The position numbers and the translations under genes are program-made. Source: Tubulanus polymorphus (Eukaryota > Animalia > Nemertea). Taken from it: a stretch of 64,000 nt of DNA. Positions 1 through 8,799 of the stretch are shown in pieces (the first letter of the stretch is position 1; the number at the start of each line of letters is the position of its first letter). The DNA lies in contig NC_134035.1 of assembly GCF_964204645.1 (NCBI RefSeq), positions 12,308,451 to 12,372,450 on the forward strand, read 5' to 3'. The notes beneath the pieces were generated by a model that was not told the DNA's origin, made no database searches, and saw only the letters and a program-made list of their open reading frames with translations.

Positions 1-245
1 TGGCAATTCTTTCCAGGGTTCTTTTTCCACCTACAACTAATAGAACAGCTCTTTGCAGCACAAGATTTCACTTAAATTGTCCCTCAAGAGCCTAGAAATT
101 CTATGAAAATAGATGGGAATTTCTAGATTTTCAAGACCCCTGTTTTGGCTTGGCGGATGCTCTGCGTGGAGACTTACCCTTTTTAGCTGTTTGCCTTTTT
201 CATTCATTGTGCTCCTATGAAAGTCTGCCCCTGGATCCACCCCTG
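1..245. mobile_element. Right end of a non-autonomous DNA element (CAGGGGTGGATCCAG-type terminus, hAT-like)
   Basis: CCCTGGATCCACCCCTG ending at 245 is the reverse complement of a common invertebrate MITE terminus; the other end is not visible in the window. Confidence 0.4.
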
Positions 246-315
246 CACTGCTTGTAGAGTAGGCATTATTACAGGTGTTTGACCGAGTAATAAACTATTG
301 TTTGTATCGTTACAG

Positions 316-595
316 ATTTTCAGAGTACATAACAGTATCTGATCCGCAGTATTTGATACATTTACCGAGCGAGATGCCTCTAGAGGAAGCTGCGTTGTTG
401 CCGACGGGAGCCTTAACGGCGTATAATGCGATACTTGAAGTCAGACGGATCAGCGAACGAATCATGTCTCAACGCGGTCGTGTTAACATCATGATCTCCG
501 GCGCCGGCGGACTCGGATTACTCACGTTAAACTTCGCGAAATATTTCTTCGGGAAAATGTCGAACGTCATTCGAATCGTCGTCACGGATTCATCG
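316..595 (+). CDS. ADH-like exon (start of NAD-binding Rossmann fold)
   Basis: Acceptor tacag|a at 315/316, donor tcg|gtaggt at 595/596; encodes GAGGLG. Confidence 0.9.
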
Positions 596-3500
596 GTAGG
601 TGGCACCACAGTGATGTCTTTATTGATTTTAACATGTTCGCTGCAACCCTGTGTCACATTAATGAGATATCTCATAGAGCTATTACATAGTGAGCCATTG
701 TTCAAAATTGACCAATGAGCATTGAGAATGAAAAAGTTTGTATGCATTGCCAACCAATCAGGAACTGTGTCATTTTGGACGTTAAGTGCAAATATCTAAC
801 TGTGAATAAGAATGATCAGTGACAAGATAACTCAATGAACTTTGAAATATCTTATGTGGTAATGATGGCAGAATCGACACCGAATGGCAGCAAACATGTT
901 AGTAAGTGTATGGCGTATTTATGGTTATGAATAATGTTGATGGTTCGTTTCTTGCAGATTGATAAATTAATGGACGCAGAAGAGATCGGATGTTATGATG
1001 CAATTCACTGGGAAGATCAATGTAAGTAAAACTAAGAGCCGCAGTTTCATCAGTTCTGCATCAATATTTCACTCAATGGTTTCGTAAACGGAAATGACGC
1101 AATGAGCCCAAAATGCTGTCTCCCGAGATCGCGTGCATCAAATTAGAAGACAACATCCTTAATCGTCATTATCTACGGCATAGTCCTCATTTCTATTATA
1201 TACAACTCCAATTGACTCAGTTGCTCATAGTAAAGTTAGGTTAATCAGTTGACTAGTATGGTAAAGGTCATGTTTTAATGACTGACTGAGCAACTACGCC
1301 TTGGCTGTATAGGGTGAACTGTGGATTCCGTAAAAACTCGACAAATGGTCGTAACTAATAATAGAACACACTATAGTTTGATCTTAACACTTTTCACTGT
1401 GTCAACCATCAGTTCTGTACTACAGCGACCATGCTCATTCTGGTCGTTCACCATTTTCTGACTAGTTCGGATAAACTGACGTTTGGTTTCACTTAGTTCG
1501 CAAATAGTCGACTGAAATTTCCGACGTGAAACGAAATCTTACGATGTTTAATTTATTTGTAGTGTACGAACCACAGTTAATCGATCGTGTTTTCGATGTG
1601 TTCAATGACGGTGTTGATATCGCTATCGATTACGCCGGATCGTTTCGTACGTTGACGAGAATACTCAAATGTCTCAATCAGGTTTGTGTTATTTGTAATT
1701 CTTGCAGCCGAAGTGAAGGAAGATTTGATCTCGAGTCTCCTCAACTTCTGTACTCGGTTCCACAGTTCATAGTTAAAATCAGACTCCGCTTAAAACTTTT
1801 GAAATTGACTAATCATGTGGAGCTGGGTTGTGCTGTTTTCATTACTCATTGTGTTCAGATGTTTAGTAAAGTATGTATAAGTCAGACTACTCCCAATTCG
1901 GTGCCCGTTACAGATCTCAAACCGCTCAATTGAAATCCTTCACCTATTGCTTAGTGAAGGGGGAAGTTAGGGTGAAGGTAAAATGCTGACAGTAATTCCA
2001 AGTTACTCATAGGAGGGGATGACTTATGCATGCTTTAATATACTTAGATAGATCACTGAACATTCTACGGATTGACAGCATTGTCAGAAGTGTTTGAAGT
2101 TCTCGAGTCACATTGGAATATACACATTATTCATTTCTCTGATGATGAGGTTTAGTTAAAACCTGGAAACTATCAGAATAAACTGTTAAATCATCAACTG
2201 TGAATGCTGGCAATCTGTAGAGGATGTATCTGCACCCTTATTTACATGTGTGTCTGATCATTGTGTAGAATTCAATTAATTTTATATATTTCAATTTGTT
2301 AACTGCACCACTTACATATACTACTACAATATACCAGGAATCAGTTTTATATACTGGTGCTAACTCAATTTCAAAAGAGAATCTCTATAGACTGAGCATT
2401 TAGGGGTCATTCATTTATTACGTACGCATAAAATTTGAATTTTTCAACCCCCCTCTGTACGAAAAATCGGCCATTTTTTCATATACATTAAGCATTACAG
2501 TACGCAATTGCACTGACCCCTCCCCCTCCCCTAATGCGTATGTAATAGATGAATGACCCCTAACTTTAACCTGGGGTTTACATCATTTCAATTTCAATTG
2601 TGTCAGCTCCCAGGTTCAAGTTGATACCACTCTATTAAACTGGGCCAGATTTATGTAGTACCAGTCTATAAAACAAGTCCCGGTGTTTCACAGCTTTCTA
2701 AAAATGTTTATAAACGTAATTTGTAGTGGTGTTTAATATGAGGAAAAATCAATCATCAACTCGTTGATTATTACTAGACCCTGGACCCGATTGATCCGGG
2801 TGACTTTCAAATCCCAAGTTAAAACATTGATAGAAATCGGATTTAAACAACCCATCACTGGATCGTGGTGTTAGGTATCGGGCCAAAAAATGGCATTCAT
2901 AAAACATCTTCATTTCCAAAAATATCGTAGCCACTTTATTTCTTATGTAAGTTTATACTTTAAGCTGACACAATTTGGCATCTTAATTGGTACTACTGTC
3001 AAACCCTGCTCTATCCGAATTTATCCTGTTTTTGCTGAATTAAGCGGGTTCTAGTGTAGCTACAGTGGATTGGCTTGAAATGAATCGTTTTCTAATGAAT
3101 ATTCTGGTATAGGTCGAGAATGATGATTGATTTTAAAGTTTTCATAATTTGACTGTAGTGAGATAGATATATATATAGAGAGAGAGAGGATCCCACCCGT
3201 GTTAATTGATTCGTTTTATTTCACTGTTCATTTCTGCAGCAGGGCGGACGTCTGTTAGTGCCGGGCAGTTGTGAAACTCAATCAGAAATCGACATGGCCG
3301 ACGTGTCTCGTAATGAACTCGGAATCGTCACCATACCGCAAGGAACCATCGAACAATTACAAGAAATTGTCAAATTGTTCGCGTCCGGGCAGGTAAGAAC
3401 TTATCCGTTTATTACGCTAATGTTAAGGGGTCATTCATTTATTACGTACGCATAAAATTTGACTTTTCAAGCCTCCGCCCCCTCTGTACGCAAAATCAGC

Positions 3501-3918
3501 CATTTTTTCATATACATTTAGCATTACAGTATGCTATTGCACTGACCCTACCCCTCCCTTAATGCGTACACAATAAATGAATGTTCTCTTAGATGCAGGG
3601 TGGCCACTTACCTGGAAATTAGGAAAGATCAGGCAATTTTCTTTTCTATGGAAAAATTAGGGGATATTGCAAGAAAGCTAAAAATCTGGGAAATATTTTA
3701 GGGAAATTTATAGAAAAATAAAGAAGCTTGGACTTAGATTGTTACTCTCATCAGTGGTTATTTGAAATTAATATTATGACGTTTTATTCCAGATTCTGCC
3801 TCCTCCGTATAGTGTTTACCCGATTGAGGATATCGTCGATGTTTATCACGATTTAGCGACGAGTAAAATCCACGGTCGAGCCGTACTGAAAGTGGCCGGT
3901 TCCGAGGACGTCTTCTAA
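316..3918 (+). CDS. Medium-chain dehydrogenase/reductase (alcohol dehydrogenase-like), 3' part of a spliced gene; exons 316-595, 958-1021, 1563-1681, 3240/3243-3392, 3793-3918; 5' exons lie upstream of the window
   Basis: GT-AG junctions with compatible phases give one open frame: (G)FSEYITV...MPLEEAALLPTGALTAYNAI...NIMISGAGGLGLL...VVTDSS|IDKLMDAEEIGCYDAIHWEDQ|LYEPQLIDRVFDVFNDGVDIAIDYAGS...KCLNQ|GGRLLVPG...QGTIEQLQEIVKLFASGQ|ILPPPYSVYPIEDIVDVYHDLATSKIHGRAVLKVAGSEDVF*. MDR hallmarks: GFxEY, Rossmann GxGxxG, acidic residue after beta-2, GVDxxID, GGRL, C-terminal GRAVL. Confidence 0.92.
958..1021 (+). CDS. ADH-like exon (not in ORF track)
   Basis: Acceptor tttcttgcag|att, donor t|gtaagt; IDKLMDAEEIGCYDAIHWEDQ matches the MDR 'xxKLxxAxxxGAxxxI' helix. 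Confidence 0.9.
1563..1681 (+). CDS. ADH-like exon
   Basis: Acceptor ttatttgtag|tg, donor cag|gtttgt; encodes GVDIAIDYAG. Confidence 0.9.
2135..2185 (+). ncRNA. Degenerate minimal hammerhead ribozyme motif, Penelope-like element relic
   Basis: TTCT-CTGATGA-TG-AGGTTT(agtta)AAACCT-G-GAAAC-TATC-AGAA, followed by AATAAA: core boxes, stem II and a short stem I are present. Confidence 0.5.
2333..2684. mobile_element. Old MITE with ~30-bp imperfect TIRs, hosting a nested younger MITE
   Basis: Left ACCAGGAATCAGTTTTATATACTGGTGCTA versus reverse complement of right end ACCGGGACTTGTTTTATAGACTGGTACTA. Confidence 0.55.
2403..2560 (+). mobile_element. PIF/Harbinger-type (Tourist-like) MITE, copy 1
   Basis: TIR GGGGTCATTCATTTATTACGTACGCAT ... 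ATGCGTATGTAATAGATGAATGACCCC, flanked by TTA/TAA; three copies in the window. Confidence 0.8.
2996..3155. mobile_element. Degenerate pogo/Tigger-like MITE relic
   Basis: TA-CTGTCAAACC ... TTTGACTG-TA termini. Confidence 0.35.
3240..3392 (+). CDS. ADH-like exon with tandem NAGNAG acceptor
   Basis: tttctgcag|cag|ggc; donor cag|gtaaga; encodes GGRLLVPG...GTIEQLQEIVKLFASGQ. Confidence 0.88.
3427..3588 (+). mobile_element. PIF/Harbinger-type MITE, copy 2
   Basis: Colinear with 2403-2560; TAA/TTA flanks; right TIR decayed. Confidence 0.8.
3793..3918 (+). CDS. ADH-like last coding exon
   Basis: Acceptor ttttattccag|att; KIHGRAVLKV; TAA stop at 3916-3918. Confidence 0.9.
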   Translation: MLPPPYSVYPIEDIVDVYHDLATSKIHGRAVLKVAGSEDVF

Positions 3919-5168
3919 GGGACTCCGTTCTGGAGTCATGATTTTGCGCTGCGTTATGCAATTTCTCGATATATCAAAATCACGCAGACTTTTGAAAAAA
4001 TGCGGATTTGACAGTTCACCATCGGTCGAACTATGTGCTTAAAACACCGGAAATCTCATCTGTTCTTCTTTGTGGAAACTTTGTGGCAAAATTCGAGTCG
4101 AAGTTAGTGAAAAACTGTACTGAAATATCTGATAGTCTTATATCATAGAACAGAGATTTGGATATCATCAATATCGCAGGAGATCCAATTTCCATGTTGT
4201 AAATAAGGCAGGTTTCGATTGGCCTCTACTGAATCCGGAATTCTTTTCATGCATGTTCATTTCAAACAGAATATGCTCTACCTATTCCAGAATGGCATAA
4301 ACTGTAAACCCCTGAAAGAGGATTCCAGTAGAGAGTTTGTAATCCGAAATATCTATTAAAATAGCGGGATATGTTCAATCGAAACCTGCTGAATATATTG
4401 ATCAAAACGTCATTGTGCGCATTGTAAATATATATTCATTGTAAATATAACGTATTGTAAATAGCTGGTACATGTAAATAGGTTATAATATGAATAATGT
4501 GAGTTAAAATTGATGTAACATCTTGGCTAAAAATTCCTTGTGGATAATGTGTATAAAGAATCGTATGTGGATATTGTGCGTACCTCTGTATACATATATA
4601 TGTATCATAGGTGTAAATATGAAAATTTCATGCGTCAAAAATGTCTCAAAAATCCATACCATCGCAGCTATGAACTAGAAGCGCTAGTTTCCACTGTGCC
4701 AAGCTTTTTAAATTCAGTTGCTTTTATTTAAAGATAACTCAGTTTATCTCTCATAGAAGACAATCACTTAGAAGCTTTTTTTTTTAATCGCAGGTGAACA
4801 TAAAACTGAAGTGTTTGCCGTCTAGATTGGGTGTTCTATGGTTAATTTTTTTCGTTATCATAAATTCACTTCATTCTCTAGCCAGATTCATGTAGATTTT
4901 GCTACAATACATGTCTAGAGATCGCTGGTTATAATTCAGCTGCTCTGCAAAAATCAAGCCATCCTAGCTTTAAGAGTTTATTAGTTACCGTAGGTATTTA
5001 TAGTAGCTGTTTGAAAAATGCATTTCTGTGCTATGAAAAAGCTTTAGTATTTGTAGCTGCTCAATAGAGTTCCCTTAGGTACAACATCATATTCATTTCA
5101 GATATTTGGGAAAATGAGTTAAAAAGAAATAAGGAAAATATTATTTGTGTGAGAATCTAACGTTTCTA

Positions 5169-5517
5169 CGTTGGATCCTCGTTACAACAACCTCGGATAT
5201 AAGGGGTCATTCATTTATTACGTACGCATTAGGGGAGGGGAAGGGGTCAGTGCAATGCGTACTGTAATGCTTAATGTATATGAAAAAATGGCTGATTTTG
5301 CGTACAGGGGGAGGGGGGGTTTGAAAAATTCAAATTTTATGCGTACGTAATTAATGAACGATCCCTAACGACGATTTTGTCGGTTATCACAAACCTAGAA
5401 TTTCATCATTAGAATATGTGCGACAATTTCAATAATTTCATACTGGATATAATGAATTATTGGTTATACTGAAAATATTTTCTGCCCTTTGAAGTTCGTC
5501 GTAACGAGGTTAACCCG
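5169..5517. mobile_element. Tc1/mariner (pogo/Tigger-like) MITE interrupted by Harbinger-type MITE copy 3
   Basis: Ends CGTTGGATCCTCGTTACAAC / GTAACGAGGTTAACCCG; internal CATACTGGATATAA..GGTTATA..ATATTTTCTG shared with the uninterrupted copy at 56061-56248. Confidence 0.65.
5203..5365 (-). mobile_element. PIF/Harbinger-type MITE, copy 3 (inverted)
   Basis: Reverse complement of the copy 1/2 body; TAA target duplication on both sides (5200-5202, 5366-5368). Confidence 0.85.
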
Positions 5518-5975
5518 ATTTTAATGTTAGTCTCATGAAATTCATTCGATATTGAAAATGAAATTATCTCATTTTCCAACTCAAAACTGATTTGGCTAGT
5601 CAAACCATTTTACCTATAGATAATTTGCGTTTAGTTCGTGATGCTTTATCGTTTATTTTGTTACATTGTAAATAAATGAAGAGTTTATTGTATATATACT
5701 GTTTTATATGATACTTCTGATTAATTGTAATAAACTTTATGATTAAACAATAGATTGTTATTGTTTGGTATTTTATCACTATTTCTGAGATGATTTTAGG
5801 AAGAGGTGTTGCTTCCCACGACGAATAGATATATTTTGGATGAGCGCCAGGCGTGAACTAGAGAGGATGGTTGATTAAAAATATTGAAATGATTTATTGC
5901 TATTACATAAGCGGTTAGTTTTAGCTTTTACCATTATCAATCCATGGCAGCACAATACGAACCTTTCAATATATC

Positions 5976-6048
5976 GGCCGGTTAGCTCAGTCGGTTAGAG
6001 CGTCGTGCTAATAACGCGAATGTCGTGGGTTCGACCCCACACTGGCCA
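5976..6048 (+). tRNA. tRNA-Ile(AAT): tRNA-Ile (anticodon AAT); T-arm one base short, possibly a pseudogene or a homopolymer error
   Basis: GGCCGGTTAGCTCAGTCGGTTAGAGCG-TCGTG-CT-AAT-AA-CGCGA...GTGGGTTCGACCCCAC-ACTGGCC-A; acceptor and anticodon stems pair; close to the canonical animal tRNA-Ile(AAT). Confidence 0.9.
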
Positions 6049-7645
6049 TAACTATAGTCTCGCCGACAGTCGTTTCTTTTAGCTTTTGCAGCACTTGGTC
6101 GACGTAGATTGAAATTTACGTTTTTTACAGAAAGAGATGAAATATCCTGTATTGCTTGTAGTACGGCGCCACATTCCGTCACTTTTATTCATTTCAAAAA
6201 GCTACAAATTGTATTACTCATTATTTTCTCATTCAAAGTACCGGTAATTCCCACACTTAGTTTTACCTTCAAACTCAGTGTGGTCCAGGATCGACCTTCA
6301 ATGATTAACCAGTATCTGGACTAAGCGTAACTCGGATTGAAGATTCAAGATTTTAGAATCAGGGTTGATACCATTCAATATTCCTATTATCAATGAAAAC
6401 AAGATTAATCAAATTACAAGAATATTGACGATGAACCACATTGGGCTGAGTTTAGCTTACCAGAGGACGATAAAATGTTGCAACTTTGTCGTCGACGGGA
6501 CAGAAAGTCGAAATTTAGTGGCCCTCAAGCAAACTGTCAAATGCGTAGACACCATATCGCTGAGGTGAGAATTGTGTCTGTTTCCTGGAGACTGTTTGGC
6601 CGGGAGAAAATTCTGATGTCCGAGTCCAGAGGCCGGGCGGGGCGGAATCTGTTCACGTTAACAAAGCCGTTTTAATGCAAAAATTGGGATCAGGGTGCTG
6701 CCCCCAAATCCTGGCAATAGTCATATTCGGTGCGTTGTGAAGGCTTTATACCCAGTACCGATTTGTGGATTGAGTTGTAAGGGTTTGCCCAAGCACTTTA
6801 TTTTCCCAAAGGTATTAGCACATCTTGGGATCGTATCGTCCAATACGGGCAGCCCAGAGCCCACACGGCTGAAATGGCCGCTTCTACCATGCGGCGATAA
6901 AAAAGGCGGACATCTGTGATAAATAAATATTATTTATCTAGAACGATGGATTTTCGATTTTGGACGTGTTTGGGCATGCATGGTTGCGAAAGAATCACAG
7001 CGAGACCAGTCTCGTTCTGGATACCCGGTGCGCAGAGCCGGAACGCCTCAGCCAATCAGCGTCGAGTATTACGGGTCGCGCAGCAGGCGAAGATGGAGAT
7101 GGATTTTTTCGCAATTTTTTTCAACAAATTCGCCATCAATCCTCTTAGAAAAAAGTCGTAACGTCAATCTGAACGCAATAAATCGATTCACACCGAAACA
7201 GGGAAGCGACTGCTGATAAATGTAAGTTTGGATGGTATCGCGAAAAAGTTTTCGAAGCGGATTCAAAATTACGCTTCGAAAAGTTGTCATCGAGTCGTTT
7301 CGAAACAATAGCGATTCGCGGCTCATTGAGGGGCAAAAAGAAACAACTTTCCTCGAAATATTCAATGTATGAATCTATTGAATAACTTAAAACGATTATG
7401 ACGCGACCATGATTTACACATTTAAGGGTGTTTTGAAATTATTTTTCATTATTTACGATTGATTGAAATTATGAAATACGGGTTTTTTCATGGTTTGTTG
7501 TATTTCTCGGATCCATATGACCTCTGACCTCATGGCGATATTTTTCTCACTTCTCAACTGCGTCTCCAATAGCATCAAATGATTTCGATTTATTCAATAA
7601 TATATTGTCGCGCTGTTTCTACTATTCATCTATTTATTGTTACAG

Positions 7646-8499
7646 TTACAATGGAATTGTGTGCGACTTCACAGATGACTGGTGCTAATGTTTGAATCGA
7701 CTTTCGGAGCAGAACCCAAAACAATAGCTATCAGCTGCTGTTCCCACCGTCTCTAGAGAGTGGTTGCATCGAACTCTCCACCTGATGCAGCATTTAGACT
7801 CCTCATTGATGGTCACATCCTCCTCAACATAGATTAACTACAAAAATCTGAGGATACATTGGTGGTGAGTAAAAACTTCCCTTTTTGAATTTATACCCAT
7901 CTAAAGAGTGGACCCTGAACTCTGAGACAATCTACAGCCTGACCCTACGAATTCTTTGAGACAATCGGCAGCCTTGGCCCTGAGACAATCTACAGCCTGA
8001 CCCTGGAATTCTTTGAGACAATCTGCAGCCTGGGCCCTGAGACAATCTAGAGCCTGACCCTGGAATTCTTTGAGACAATCTGCAGCCTGGGCCCTGAGAC
8101 AATCTACAGCCTGACCCTGGAATTCTTTGAGACAATCTGCAGCCTGGACCCTGAGACAATCTACAGCCTGACCCTGCAAACCCTCTTGAGACAATCAGCA
8201 GCCTGATATAAGACATGTTATCAGCACACTTTCAAAAACTGATCATCCATCCTTTTATCATTAATCATAACAATCACCAGCAAAAATATTTTGCCAAAAA
8301 TATCTTATGGGAAATTTTGCTTACACATTGACTTTTTTGGATGGATTTTAGAAGCAAAATGTTCAGTGCTAAGGATTGATCAATCATTTATAAATTGTAA
8401 CAGCTGATCTTGGAAGCTGTTGGAATCTGGATGCAAACAAGAATGACAGGATTGGATTATACTCGGTCAGTAACAACAAGAGAGAAGGGTTGCAGATCT
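7646..8499 (+). pseudogene. Degraded exon-like segments (7646-7864, 8404-8499), possibly a decayed DNA-transposon accessory gene or lncRNA
   Basis: Good acceptors (tattgttacag|, ttgtaacag|) and donors (gtg|gtgagt, tct|gtgagt), plus an upstream donor t|gtaagt at 7221/7222. All frames of 7646-7864 have stops. Confidence 0.3.
7910..8208. repeat. Minisatellite, 57-bp unit (33+24-bp related subunits), about 5 copies
   Basis: TGAGACAATCTACAGCCTGACCCTGGAATTCTT + TGAGACAATCTGCAGCCTGGGCCC; unit starts at 7981 and 8038. Confidence 0.95.
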
Positions 8500-8799
8500 G
8501 TGAGTACGAAATAAAAATCTAGCTGAAATTATGTTTCATAGATAGTTCAATTTGTAAAATCAGAAAGTTTCATTTTATTGATTAACTTTCATGAAAAGGT
8601 AAGGTTTATTAGAGAGTAATGACCTTTTAAACTGTCAGTTTGTTATTGAATGTTTAAAGGGTATCATTCAATATTACCAGCTTCATACAATATTACAGCT
8701 GTTTCTACTTGTATGCAATATGTGAATTTTTGATGGGAATTCCTTAAAACACACATTTGTTTTTGAGCGTTCTCTCCATCCAAATGTTTTATCCTCCGC

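Larger units (their letters stand above)
3919..5750 (+). promoter_or_regulatory. Putative 3' UTR of the ADH-like gene with polyadenylation signals
   Basis: AU-rich; AATAAA at 5671-5676 and 5729-5734 followed by a GT/T-rich tract; multiple TGTAAATA motifs. Confidence 0.5.

Noticed and set aside
275-718. ORF-track 147-aa protein as a complete gene
   Set aside because: Only 316-595 is exonic; the flanks are intron read-through.
7901-8216. Cys-containing 19-aa repeat protein (QGQAVDCLRAQAADCLKEF)
   Set aside because: 57-bp minisatellite open in several frames; no ATG start or splice support.
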